From positions 128,001 through 192,000 of the IMG/VR virus record IMGVR_UViG_3300035498_000530: 64,000 nucleotides of DNA; one strand, 5' to 3'. Made by a program: the position numbers and the translations under genes. This stretch comes from a virus. Taxonomy: Duplodnaviria; Caudoviricetes. The notes beneath the pieces were generated by a model that worked only from the letters and a program-made list of their open reading frames with translations, was not told the DNA's origin and did not search any database. The stretch's first letter is position 1. The number at the start of each line of letters is the position of its first letter. This document shows, in pieces, positions 10,159-20,179 of the stretch.

Positions 10159-11052
10159 TCATATTGAATTTATTATACCGCCGTCAGTGTAACAACAAAC
10201 ATATACAGCACCAGTACTATCTTTAATAAGATTATAATCTCTCTGTATTTTATCAAGATCAATTGTTTGATCATATTTTATAAATAGAGGATTGATCATT
10301 TTCTTATTAATGATATTCTGAATAGTTATTGCTATATTGTTTGGAACTATATGATCTTCTGTTATGATCTCTTCGTCTATCGTTATAATATTAAACGCTT
10401 CTAAGAAATCACTATAAAAATCATTAGATAGTAATAAGTCTTTTAACTTTTTAACTTTTCCTGTAATGGAATCATTTTTAAAGTTAAACTCATACAAATT
10501 CTCCAAAGCATCATCAAACTTAGAAGACTGTATAAATTTCAATATAGTATCAATCGAATCATCCAAGTATATAGATATGGTCTTATTATATCTCGGAGGA
10601 TCCGTATATACTAATACATCTTTGATTTCTATTCCTTTAGGACAATTATTCCTATTAATAGAAAGTCCTACTTTAGTAGTTCCATCATTATAGAATGCAT
10701 TTGCAAATAGATCTGATATTTGCTGCCTGCAAACTACAAAAGGAACATAGTTACCAGTTTCTACAACATCACTGTGTCTAACCAAAGTAACAATGACATC
10801 ATCTAAACCATACATTCCTACTATACTACAAGTTATATATCCATCTGGTATTAATCTTGTGTATTTCATGAATTCATCTCTGCTAAGTTTTACTTCGTTA
10901 AAATCATCATCATATAATATATAGGTATCCATATTTCTTATCCTTAACAGTCTAAGAATTTCAACTTCTACATTATCTGGATCTGAATTAATCACCTTAT
11001 AAAACTTTGCTCCGATATGTTGAATATCAGAAGTTCTTTGTTTCGTTTTCAT
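10159..11052 (-). CDS. Hypothetical protein
   Basis: Start MKTKQR after GGGGTGA RBS, just downstream of dcd. Confidence 0.75.
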   Translation of the reverse strand: MKTKQRTSDIQHIGAKFYKVINSDPDNVEVEILRLLRIRNMDTYILYDDDFNEVKLSRDEFMKYTRLIPDGYITCSIVGMYGLDDVIVTLVRHSDVVETGNYVPFVVCRQQISDLFANAFYNDGTTKVGLSINRNNCPKGIEIKDVLVYTDPPRYNKTISIYLDDSIDTILKFIQSSKFDDALENLYEFNFKNDSITGKVKKLKDLLLSNDFYSDFLEAFNIITIDEEIITEDHIVPNNIAITIQNIINKKMINPLFIKYDQTIDLDKIQRDYNLIKDSTGAVYVCCYTDGGIINSI

Positions 11053-11056
11053 TTTA

Positions 11057-11611
11057 TCACCCCAATTCTTTATACATTTTTGATGTCTGTGGTAAGTATT
11101 GGTTATTGTACTTACCTGAATATAATATGTTTTCAGAATCGGTTTTACCATCTGCCATTACAGGTTCAAAGAAATATATTTGACATATTTCTATATCTGG
11201 ATAAATGATTACTGGAGTTACCACGAAGATTTCAAGCGTCCATCTTCCATCAAATCCAATATCTCCAAATCCTGCTGTAACATGAACATTTATACCAAGT
11301 CTTCCTATAGAAGATCTTCCTGAAATACAAGGTATGTATTTATCAGTATGAGTTCTTTCTATAGTTGAAGCTATATAAAGGTGTCCTGGTTCGAGTAATA
11401 ATCCTTCTTCTGGAATTATGATTTCATTATAATTGTCTAGAGACTTAGAATTCTTCATATCCAATACAGAGTCAGGATTATATACTTTCATATGATTATC
11501 TAATCTTAAGTTATAACTATTAGGGTTTAATCTTTTAATATCAAACTCATCAATAGTTATATTTCCGTTATCTACTTCTTGTAGAATCTTATTATATGTA
11601 AGCATTACCAC
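11057..11611 (-). CDS. dcd: dCTP deaminase
   Basis: PNSYNLRL, GRSSIGRLGI, TAGFGDIGFDGRWTLEI, ICQIYF, GKYNNQ. Confidence 0.92.
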   Translation of the reverse strand: MVMLTYNKILQEVDNGNITIDEFDIKRLNPNSYNLRLDNHMKVYNPDSVLDMKNSKSLDNYNEIIIPEEGLLLEPGHLYIASTIERTHTDKYIPCISGRSSIGRLGINVHVTAGFGDIGFDGRWTLEIFVVTPVIIYPDIEICQIYFFEPVMADGKTDSENILYSGKYNNQYLPQTSKMYKELG

Positions 11612-11985
11612 ATATTGTCCTTTCTATCTAATTTTATAGGTTGATGAGCCATTATTATAATTTGTGCCATGGTATCATCTTCCTCTATATCATCTTTAAC
11701 AAGAACTGTTAAACCATGAGCTCTATCATCTGGAGTGGTTACATCTTGTCCTGCATCGTACTCTCCACCGGATTCTTCTTTACCATCTCCAACAGATCCA
11801 ATATATACAGTATTAGGATCTAATACACATGGAAGTTCTACTTCTATTGTTTTAGTTGTTTTTCTTTCAAGATCTTCTTTTTGACCCTCTTTATAGCTAT
11901 CTACTTTATGAGAAGCATGAAGCATAGGGTTATGAGGATCTCTTACATCATATCTTGAAAGTGATCTAAGTTCAGTAAATGACAT
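11605..11985 (-). CDS. Small protein resembling a degenerate dCTP deaminase/dUTPase-fold paralog
   Basis: IEVELPCVLDPNTVYIGS resembles IIIPEEGLLLEPGHLYIAS of Dcd; catalytic motifs absent. Confidence 0.45.
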   Translation of the reverse strand: MSFTELRSLSRYDVRDPHNPMLHASHKVDSYKEGQKEDLERKTTKTIEVELPCVLDPNTVYIGSVGDGKEESGGEYDAGQDVTTPDDRAHGLTVLVKDDIEEDDTMAQIIIMAHQPIKLDRKDNMW

Positions 11986-12002
11986 AATTTTACCTCCTTA
12001 TA

Positions 12003-12027
12003 TAGTCTATTGTTATAATTTATAGTT
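12003..12027 (-). promoter_or_regulatory. Tandem late-type promoters
   Basis: AACT ATAAAT TA followed by AACA ATAGAC TA before AAGGAGG. Confidence 0.55.
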
Positions 12028-12117
12028 TGTAATTTTGTAAATTATAATACAAATAAGAACTTTATAGTAAGGCCTATTTGGGCTGAATATTTACTCAAAA
12101 AAGGGAGGACACCTAGA

Positions 12118-12690
12118 ATGGAGAAAATCAAAAGAAGTTTTAGAAGACTTAATTACGATGTACTTAAGACTTCAAAGGAAAAGAACAATGCAAAGAAAGT
12201 TCTTAATGCATTAGCTGAAGGTGTAGATTATGTTATCTATAATACTCGCAGTGATATTGCTTATATTGTAGATAACTATAAAGTTATTGGTAAGATGAGC
12301 AAGTCCGATCTATATCGCATTACTAAATCTTCATTCAAATCAACTTTAAGAAATCGTCTTACTTTTGTAGACTTAGATGATAAAGAAATCAAAGACTATG
12401 TATCAGATTTGAAAGAGATGGCAGCAGTAGAAGATACAGAAGAAAAGTGTACTTGTAACTGCTGTAGTTGTGAAGATTTCAGTTGCGTTACGGATGATGA
12501 TTGCTTAGAAGAATTATACGTTTCAGATGCATCAAATATTCTTGCTAGAGTATCAGAATCTGTAATTAAGCAGATTAAAGAAGGCAAAGCAGAAATTAGT
12601 GAACTTGGTAGTGGTAATATAAATGTAGAAATTCCTATAACAGTATTGTTTACAAAAGTAAAGGATAAATGTATTTGTATTATTAAATAA
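12118..12690 (+). CDS. Hypothetical protein with Cys cluster
   Basis: GGGAGG RBS; CTCNCCSC; AACT-N6-TA at 12058-12069. Confidence 0.7.
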   Translation: MEKIKRSFRRLNYDVLKTSKEKNNAKKVLNALAEGVDYVIYNTRSDIAYIVDNYKVIGKMSKSDLYRITKSSFKSTLRNRLTFVDLDDKEIKDYVSDLKEMAAVEDTEEKCTCNCCSCEDFSCVTDDDCLEELYVSDASNILARVSESVIKQIKEGKAEISELGSGNINVEIPITVLFTKVKDKCICIIK

Positions 12691-12691
12691 C

Positions 12692-12733
12692 AAAATATTC
12701 CCGTATGGATTAAGTTCCATACGGGATTCTTAT
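12692..12733. terminator. Bidirectional terminator
   Basis: TCCCGTATGGA/TCCATACGGGA between convergent genes. Confidence 0.65.
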
Positions 12734-15616
12734 TTAAATTTTAGGACTTATTATATTGTATATAGTATTGATAGTCATCTGTACTGTATTTCTATCAATC
12801 TTAGTTTCATATATATTAAACTCACTATCTTCAAAGTATTTTCCAAATACAAATTCTGGGTCTTTTTCTTGAATAAATTTAAGATATTTAGAGAAATCAT
12901 TTAATATCTTTGCTCTAGCTTTATTATATTCATTTCTAGAAGATGATCTAGATTTGAGTTTATTTTCTATAGAAAGATTTAAGAACCATAACTTTATAAG
13001 TTCATACTTCATACTCTCTATATTACCACTCTTTTCAGCAGCTAATAATATCTTATGAGATCTAGCATATTCAGTTTCAAAATCAGAAGGATTCATTTTA
13101 CCAATTTTTCTTATAAGTAAATCTCCTTCATCATTGATTCTTATTGGTAAACTTCTAGCTTCTTCTACACTAGATTCTGAAGCTAATCCGATAGAATCAT
13201 GCATAATATTAAGTCTTTTTAATATTATCTTTGGGTCATAATCTTTAATCTTTCCTTGGAATACATTATAGCACTTATCATTAAATGTAGCACTATCATA
13301 CAAATCCCCAGGAACAGTTATACCAGATTCTTTCTTATTAAAGTGTATACCTCCGCCAAGTTTAAGAAGACTGTCTACAAACTGAGAGCATATCATCTGG
13401 TAATCTATATTTAAAGCTTTATGGAATGGTAATGCAAGTATCTGAGAAAATGAGTATTTAGATTTACTCTTATTCTTCTTAAAATCATTTACCATCTTTA
13501 CACATTTCTTCTTGATCTGATCAGATACAAATACAACAAATACTGCTATATTGCAATCTTTATCATATCCTTCTATAGATTCTATACTGAATCCACTTTG
13601 ACCATGATAATTTGCATTAAAACTAAATAATTCTTTCAAGTCACTTGAAAATCCAACAGCAGCATGAGAGAAATCACTATTAGTAACTTTCTTAATTGCC
13701 TTAGACAATAATGATTTATTTCCAATAAGAGTTATGTATATTGGATTGCAGTTATCATCTATTTTCTCTACTTCTCCTTTTTCTGAAATGTCTATCACTT
13801 TTATCATCCTACTATTTATGTATTTTTTAATTCTTGATGATGATAATTCTCTATTAGAGCTATCAAACTCCAACATAGGATTCCATCCAATTGATATCAT
13901 TTGTTCTTTGATTTTATTTGATTCTTCTATATTATTAGTCATTGAGCATATATCTAATTTATTTTGAAGATGGTTCATAGTCTGCACCCATTTATTATAC
14001 AGTCCTTTAAAATCTTCAGTATATATACCGTTATATAAAGCATTATAAGATTTATACCAATCTTCAGAAAATCCATCATATAAATCTTCTTCTGTATTAT
14101 ATAATCTGTTTCCTTCACCATCATAATAACCAAAGTCTATTAATTCTTCTGGTCTGAAGAATGGTAATTCCATATTACTTATTAATGAACTTCCTGGGTC
14201 TAGAATACTATCTATAGAAAGATTTTCATCAAAGAATGATTTTACCTTTCCAAGCATAAGTATATCATCTTTAGGAATATCTTCTATATCGTCATAAGAT
14301 TTAGTTCTAAATCCAGTTATATTATTCTTACAGAAAAATCCATTAAGATCAGAAAGTATATCACTTTCATCTGATAATATATTAGATTCTCTTAAGAAAT
14401 CTCTGTATATAGAACCTTCAATATCACATACAGGAACTTCGAAGTTTTCATTCATAAGCTTCTTATATTCTTCGAATATAGTAGATTCTATTATAGATTT
14501 CTTTGAATCTAAACTATTAAAGTTTACACTTTCAAATTTAGGATCATAATCTATCTGGTCATTACAGAGCATCTCATTGCCAGATAATATTTCATACATA
14601 TTCTTATTACCATTAGGACTAAGACAATACTCATATATAGCATTTATATCTTTTTCTTTATATGTATGAACTTTAATATTTTTATTCTTTAATATTTCTG
14701 GGAATTTGCTTACTTCTAGTTTATTATTATGCATTCTCATTATAGTATCTAAAGAATTATTTGTTATAGCAAACTCTGGTTCTTCATAAGAATTATCTGG
14801 CATTATTGTAAGCATACAAGCACCATTTTTAAATTCACCGTAAGCAGCATCTTCATTTACTCTAACTACTTTACTACTATCACCATCTAATATATTCATT
14901 TTAAGCTCAGCTAATACTTCTAATAGCTGGGCAAAATTATTATTAGTAAGTCTAAGATAGTTATACTTTCCTTGATTAGTAACCATCTCTTCTTTAGCTA
15001 CAGTCTTTTCCCTATATTCTTCCATCTCTCTATTATTAGGATTATCTCCACCATCTTTACATTCAATGATAAGATTATAAGGTATATAGAATATATCTGT
15101 TATATACTTTTTAATCTGACCTTTGAATTTATATTCTAATATAGGACCAGGAGTTATAATATCATAACTTCTTGCTCCTATAACTTTATCGAAGAATTCA
15201 AGACACTTCTTTTCATATTGACCTGTATAAGTATGCTTACCACCATCAGAGAACTTATATTCTCCAGATATTTTTCTATTAGCAAGCATTTTCTCTTGAT
15301 GCATAGGATCATTAAGAAGTGTACTAGTTCCATATACTTTTATATGATTCTTTAATGCTTTATCTCTTAATGCTTTTGTGCATTCTGGTTTTCCACAAAG
15401 TCTATTATATTTACCAGTCTTTTCATTCCAACTGGTTTCAGATTTACATACAACGCACGTACCGTGATTCTTATTATTTACTAAATCAAATACTACTCTT
15501 GTAGGAGTATAATCTTGTGGTATTTCTTGTTCATGTTTCTTTTCAATATGACTTATAAGCTTATACCTATCAAGTTTCTTATCACAATATGGGCATTTAT
15601 AATTTTTATCTGCCAT
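12734..15616 (-). CDS. Multidomain protein: C2H2 zinc finger, PD-(D/E)XK nuclease-like domain, permuted papain-like (YiiX/NlpC-P60) domain
   Basis: CPYC...HIEKKH; YITDIFYIPYNLIIECKDG; SKAIKKVTNSDFSHAAVG...MICSQFV. Confidence 0.7.
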   Translation of the reverse strand: MADKNYKCPYCDKKLDRYKLISHIEKKHEQEIPQDYTPTRVVFDLVNNKNHGTCVVCKSETSWNEKTGKYNRLCGKPECTKALRDKALKNHIKVYGTSTLLNDPMHQEKMLANRKISGEYKFSDGGKHTYTGQYEKKCLEFFDKVIGARSYDIITPGPILEYKFKGQIKKYITDIFYIPYNLIIECKDGGDNPNNREMEEYREKTVAKEEMVTNQGKYNYLRLTNNNFAQLLEVLAELKMNILDGDSSKVVRVNEDAAYGEFKNGACMLTIMPDNSYEEPEFAITNNSLDTIMRMHNNKLEVSKFPEILKNKNIKVHTYKEKDINAIYEYCLSPNGNKNMYEILSGNEMLCNDQIDYDPKFESVNFNSLDSKKSIIESTIFEEYKKLMNENFEVPVCDIEGSIYRDFLRESNILSDESDILSDLNGFFCKNNITGFRTKSYDDIEDIPKDDILMLGKVKSFFDENLSIDSILDPGSSLISNMELPFFRPEELIDFGYYDGEGNRLYNTEEDLYDGFSEDWYKSYNALYNGIYTEDFKGLYNKWVQTMNHLQNKLDICSMTNNIEESNKIKEQMISIGWNPMLEFDSSNRELSSSRIKKYINSRMIKVIDISEKGEVEKIDDNCNPIYITLIGNKSLLSKAIKKVTNSDFSHAAVGFSSDLKELFSFNANYHGQSGFSIESIEGYDKDCNIAVFVVFVSDQIKKKCVKMVNDFKKNKSKSKYSFSQILALPFHKALNIDYQMICSQFVDSLLKLGGGIHFNKKESGITVPGDLYDSATFNDKCYNVFQGKIKDYDPKIILKRLNIMHDSIGLASESSVEEARSLPIRINDEGDLLIRKIGKMNPSDFETEYARSHKILLAAEKSGNIESMKYELIKLWFLNLSIENKLKSRSSSRNEYNKARAKILNDFSKYLKFIQEKDPEFVFGKYFEDSEFNIYETKIDRNTVQMTINTIYNIISPKI

Positions 15617-15644
15617 ATATTATTTACCTCCTTTTAATCTCAAT

Positions 15645-15656
15645 TACAAGTATGTT
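15645..15656 (-). promoter_or_regulatory. Late promoter
   Basis: AACA TACTTG TA on minus strand. Confidence 0.6.
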
Positions 15657-15701
15657 GACTGATCTAGGATTTCTCATTTTGTCGTAAAAAATTACATCTA
15701 T

Positions 15702-15713
15702 AACTTTATATTA
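15702..15713 (+). promoter_or_regulatory. Late promoter, AACT variant
   Basis: AACT TTATAT TA before AAAGGAGG. Confidence 0.5.
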
Positions 15714-15736
15714 AATAATCAAAGGAGGGAGTCAAA

Positions 15737-16108
15737 ATGTCGTCTACCCTTAAAGAATATTTATTTACAACCAACAAGAAGTTTCAGCCAGAAGTATTGG
15801 AAGATAAAGATGCTAAATATGTATTAATTATCAGATTAATATTATTAGAGCCTGGAACTATACAAACTCATCCAGAAATGGGTGTTGGTCTAATATCTAA
15901 ATGGAGATATTCAGACCAAGATGATCTATTAAATTTACAAACAGAAATCAGAAAACAGATGGCAAAATATTTACCATTAGAGTTACAGACAGCTTCTGTA
16001 TCTATATCATATGCAGATAAACAGCTGCTGCTTAACATAACTGTGGATGGTGAAACCAAATCTGTTTCTGTTTCAGATAATGGTAGTTATACATTATCTG
16101 ATCTATAA
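15737..16108 (+). CDS. Baseplate wedge protein, T4 gp25-like
   Basis: LILLEPGTIQTHPEMGVGL resembles gp25 T.xGER...P.FG motif; size fits. Confidence 0.65.
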   Translation: MSSTLKEYLFTTNKKFQPEVLEDKDAKYVLIIRLILLEPGTIQTHPEMGVGLISKWRYSDQDDLLNLQTEIRKQMAKYLPLELQTASVSISYADKQLLLNITVDGETKSVSVSDNGSYTLSDL

Positions 16109-16129
16109 TATTTTAAGGAGGAAATTTAA

Positions 16130-17800
16130 ATGGATTTAAAAACATTGCAAAATGAAAAAGAGACAGAAAAGCCAGAAGTTGGCCTCACACCAGCAACTGA
16201 AGAAGTTGTTAAAAATGATAAAGTTAAAGTTGTAAATGCAACGGATATTCTCCCAGCAAGAGAGCACATTCCAGAAAATCAAGAATTCATTGATGGTCTT
16301 ATGAATGATCTTGATAAAGCTGCTGAATTTAAAATTAATGAAATTGAAGAAATTCATAGAGATAATTATCAAAAAGCTCAGGAATTAGAGCTTGCTAAGA
16401 ATGATGAATACGTATCAGAATTAGAAGAAGATGATGGTTATGATCTTAATGATATGACAGGAACACCAGAACAGAAACCAATTCAGGTTAATAAAGATAA
16501 TGTTGTTGAAGAAGCTCCAGTTAAAAAAGAAGTTGTTGAACCTACGCCTTCTAAGCAGCCAACTACAGAGCCTCAGACATTTTCTAATAAAGAATTATTG
16601 GAACCTGATGTTAATACAGCTGAATTAGTTCCAGATGTAAATGATATTCCTACATCAAACGTATTCAATATTGATCTTGATGATGAAGATCTTTATGATG
16701 ACGATGATGATGAAGAAATTAAAGAGGCTGATAATATTGATAGTACACCATCTACAGATACTTCAACAAATCAGGAAGATGATTATGCTGTTCTTAAGAA
16801 TGAAATTAAGAGAACACTTGTAGATTCATCTTCTGGTTTGGATCTTGCTGAATTCACAATTCAGACTAAAGCTATTTCAGCATCTAAAGTTCTTAATTTC
16901 TCAAAGAATCAGGCTAAACTTAAGAGTTCTGATTGGGGTCTTTTCAATTCAAGAAAGCCTATAACTCTTACTGCACTTTCTGGTTCTGAAGTTGAGAAGT
17001 TCAATCCTAACCAGGATAGTAGAAACGCTCTTCAGGCTTATAAAGAAATGTATGGTATTATTTATAACCATCTTCTTGATGAGAATAAGCCAAAGAGTTT
17101 GGAAGAATGGGTTAAGACAATTTATTTCCATGATAATGAACATCTTATGTTTGCAGTATATAAGGCTTGCTTCGAAGGTAAGAACATCGTTCCTTATAGC
17201 TGTTCGAATCCTAACTGTAGTAAGAGTCTCTTCATGGAAAATGTAAAGATAGAAGATATGGTTAAGTATTCTAGCGATGAAGCTAAAGAAAGAGCTCGTC
17301 AGATTATCGCAAAGTGCGAAGTTAATCCTAATGCTGAATATGAATCTAAGCTTGTTGCTATTAATACAAACTATGCTATATCATTCAGACCGCCAACAGT
17401 ATATGCTGTTATGTTTGAATCATTGTCTCTCGATAGACAGACAAGAGAAAAGTACGCTGATGTTCTTTCTGTATTGAGTTATATTGATAATATATTCTGG
17501 ATTGATACTATCAATAAGAGACTTATTCCAGTAAGCACAAAGCCAGATCCGCTTGATCTTACAAAGACTGTAAAGCGTAAGATTAAAGTATACTCAGATA
17601 TTATTAATACATTTACATCAGATGAATATAATAAGATCATCGTTACAATGACTAATATTAATAATGCAGCAGATGATATTTCTTATGTTATTCCTGAAAC
17701 TCACTGTCCTGAATGTGGTGCTTTGATTGCCGAAACAGCGGTTGATCCGTTATCAATGGTTTTCGAAAGGCATCAGTACGTGGTGGTGAGGGACTTATAA
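16130..17800 (+). CDS. Baseplate hub assembly / tail assembly chaperone-like protein (T4 gp26-like)
   Basis: Acidic N-terminus; CSNPNC and terminal CPECG zinc motifs; follows gp25-like gene. Confidence 0.5.
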   Translation: MDLKTLQNEKETEKPEVGLTPATEEVVKNDKVKVVNATDILPAREHIPENQEFIDGLMNDLDKAAEFKINEIEEIHRDNYQKAQELELAKNDEYVSELEEDDGYDLNDMTGTPEQKPIQVNKDNVVEEAPVKKEVVEPTPSKQPTTEPQTFSNKELLEPDVNTAELVPDVNDIPTSNVFNIDLDDEDLYDDDDDEEIKEADNIDSTPSTDTSTNQEDDYAVLKNEIKRTLVDSSSGLDLAEFTIQTKAISASKVLNFSKNQAKLKSSDWGLFNSRKPITLTALSGSEVEKFNPNQDSRNALQAYKEMYGIIYNHLLDENKPKSLEEWVKTIYFHDNEHLMFAVYKACFEGKNIVPYSCSNPNCSKSLFMENVKIEDMVKYSSDEAKERARQIIAKCEVNPNAEYESKLVAINTNYAISFRPPTVYAVMFESLSLDRQTREKYADVLSVLSYIDNIFWIDTINKRLIPVSTKPDPLDLTKTVKRKIKVYSDIINTFTSDEYNKIIVTMTNINNAADDISYVIPETHCPECGALIAETAVDPLSMVFERHQYVVVRDL

Positions 17801-17988
17801 TTCCAATATTGGAAATTATAGAAGGATATAGAGGAAAAACCACTATAGGTGAAATGTTTGAGATGAATATTGGAGATATAGACTATCTATATTATCGAAT
17901 GTATCTTAAAGCTCAAACAGAAGCAGGCAGAAAAGAATTGCAAAATCGATCTCTACAATATGAGATGGAAGATGCAAATTTGATGTGA
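17746..17988 (+). CDS. Unannotated ORF in the -1 frame of the upstream gene (candidate frameshift extension)
   Basis: Frame open 17746-17988 (...IIPILEIIEGYRGKTTIGEMFEMNIGDIDYLY...EDANLM*), filling the gap to the next RBS. Confidence 0.65.
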   Translation, partial: SVINGFRKASVRGGEGLIIPILEIIEGYRGKTTIGEMFEMNIGDIDYLYYRMYLKAQTEAGRKELQNRSLQYEMEDANLM

Positions 17989-18004
17989 TTGGAGGATTTT
18001 TGAG

Positions 18005-18316
18005 TTGAATATGAATGTAATAGACTTCACCAAATCAATATCATATGATAACTTTGATGAAGATTTATATACTCTTTTCGATGAGAATTTGATACTATAT
18101 CGACTTATGAATGGCGTCTCAGGAGTTAATATATCCTCTAAGCATAATGCTAACGGTGCCTTATATCACATATCCGTATCTGATGCGAGACATACTGTAT
18201 TTGAAATAGCCCAATATATAAAACTATCATTAATGAGTATGTATAGCGGGAAATACAATATAGATGTAAGTTACGAAGGAAATACAATAACTGTCATCTT
18301 TGGTGACAAAAAATAA
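18005..18316 (+). CDS. Hypothetical protein
   Basis: TTG start after GGAGG. Confidence 0.7.
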   Translation: MNMNVIDFTKSISYDNFDEDLYTLFDENLILYRLMNGVSGVNISSKHNANGALYHISVSDARHTVFEIAQYIKLSLMSMYSGKYNIDVSYEGNTITVIFGDKK

Positions 18317-18358
18317 CAATAGTGTAGAAAGAGGAATATTCCTCTTTCTACATTTTAT
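18315..18358 (+). terminator. Terminator hairpin overlapped by late promoter (18315-18326)
   Basis: AACA ATAGTG TA; TGTAGAAAGAGG/CCTCTTTCTACA stem. Confidence 0.6.
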
Positions 18359-18384
18359 TAAATAAATTTAAAGGAGTGATAATA

Positions 18385-20052
18385 GTGGCTAATAGACATA
18401 TGAATTTTGAACTATTGGACATAGATAAATTTGTAAAAGTTAATGAATTAAAAGAAATAACTAATCCTATATTCTTTACAAGAGACAATGCTCCAACTCC
18501 AGATGGCTTATTATCAAATGAAATATTTGGTATTACTAAAGCTGATAGGGGTTCTACATTTGCATATATAGATCTTGGTGGAACTTTTATACATCCATTA
18601 TATTATAAGATATGGGCTACTACGGATAGAAAAGTTAAAGATGTAGTTCATGGTGTAGAGGAATATGCTTTAGATAAGCAAGGTCATATAGTAGTAGATC
18701 CAAATGGAAAACATGGTATAGATTGGTTAAAGAGAAATATTAAAGATATAAATTGGTCTAAGAATGATTCTCTTAAGAGAAATAGAAATATAGATTTTCT
18801 TAGATCTCAAAAAGATAGAGCATTTATTACAAAGATACCAGTAATACCAGCATATTATAGAGATGTAAATACTGCTGGTAATGGTAGAACTGGCGTTGGC
18901 GAAATAAATCAGTTATATAATCAGATTATGATATGTGCAAAAAGTATAAGAGAATCTGAAGATTATGGTTTGACACTTTCTGATTCAACCAAAGGAAGAA
19001 TGCAAGAATTATTATTGAGTCTTTATAATTGGTTTGGTGCTGGTACAACCATAGGTGGTTCTACAACATCGGCTATTATACCATCTAAGATGGGTGTAAT
19101 TAGAAGAGCCAATTTATCAAAAACATCAGATTATGCATCTCGTCTTGTTATCTCTGCTCCGAATCTTAATGTAGAGAATTTTGAAGATCTTGAATCTACA
19201 GTAGATTATTCTGCTTTACCATTAGCATCAGCATGTACGAACTTTTTCCCATTTATCATGTTTGCTGTAAGAAGATTCTTTGAAAACGAATTTGGTGGAA
19301 GAAGTACATATGAAGTAATTAAAGATGGTAAAACTGTCACATACCGATTAGGCAACTGGCAAACTGAGTTTTCTGATGATAATATTAAGAAGAATATAGA
19401 AAGATTTATGAAAGGTTTCTCTAATAGACTTATTCCTATAAAAGTTCCAGTTATAGATACCAAAGGAAAAGAAAAATATGTAAATATGAGATTTACTGGA
19501 TATATTATAGATAGAGAAGTAGATCTTAATGAAGTTAAACCTCCTATATGTGAAAGAGATTTAACTTGGTGTGATATACTATTCCTTTGCGCAACAGAAG
19601 TTACTAGAGATAAAAAAGTTCTTATAACAAGATTCCCAGTAGACTCATATTACAACCAGTTCCCAAGTAATGTAGTAATATCATCTACTAAAGAAACAGA
19701 ACCTATGTTTTTACCAAATACAAAGTTTACTCAGAAAGTTTATAAGAGATTTCCAAAGATAAGACAAGAAGATATTGGATCAAATACAAGTAATATGTTT
19801 GTAGATACATTTCATATGAGTAATGTACATCTTGGATCTATCGGTGGTGACTATGATGGTGATCAGGTTACTATAAAAGGTGTTTATTCTGAAGAAGCTA
19901 ATGCTGAATTAGATAGGTATATGAATTCTAAATCATTCATGATCGGACTTAATGGTGAATGCGTTAGAAAAACAACCAAGGAAGGTATACAGGCATTATA
20001 TAGTATGACTATGGTATTACCTGGAAGTAACCTTACTGAAAAGGTAGTATAA
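18385..20052 (+). CDS. Phage multisubunit RNA polymerase beta' N-terminal subunit, likely virion RNAP
   Basis: PTPDGLLSNEIFG, IPVIPAYYRD, SRLVIS, catalytic GGDYDGDQ; late promoter upstream. Confidence 0.9.
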   Translation: MANRHMNFELLDIDKFVKVNELKEITNPIFFTRDNAPTPDGLLSNEIFGITKADRGSTFAYIDLGGTFIHPLYYKIWATTDRKVKDVVHGVEEYALDKQGHIVVDPNGKHGIDWLKRNIKDINWSKNDSLKRNRNIDFLRSQKDRAFITKIPVIPAYYRDVNTAGNGRTGVGEINQLYNQIMICAKSIRESEDYGLTLSDSTKGRMQELLLSLYNWFGAGTTIGGSTTSAIIPSKMGVIRRANLSKTSDYASRLVISAPNLNVENFEDLESTVDYSALPLASACTNFFPFIMFAVRRFFENEFGGRSTYEVIKDGKTVTYRLGNWQTEFSDDNIKKNIERFMKGFSNRLIPIKVPVIDTKGKEKYVNMRFTGYIIDREVDLNEVKPPICERDLTWCDILFLCATEVTRDKKVLITRFPVDSYYNQFPSNVVISSTKETEPMFLPNTKFTQKVYKRFPKIRQEDIGSNTSNMFVDTFHMSNVHLGSIGGDYDGDQVTIKGVYSEEANAELDRYMNSKSFMIGLNGECVRKTTKEGIQALYSMTMVLPGSNLTEKVV

Positions 20053-20058
20053 TATAAA

Positions 20059-20075
20059 TACATATTATAATTCTG
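20059..20075 (+). promoter_or_regulatory. Early-type promoter motif
   Basis: TACATATTATAATTCTG. Confidence 0.45.
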
Positions 20076-20179
20076 TATACTAAAGATAAGTCTAGAATAT
20101 ACAGTTTTAGACTTAAATGGAAAGGTGGTGATATCAGTGGACAACGAAACAGTTGGCTATGATGATTAGACGATATCAC

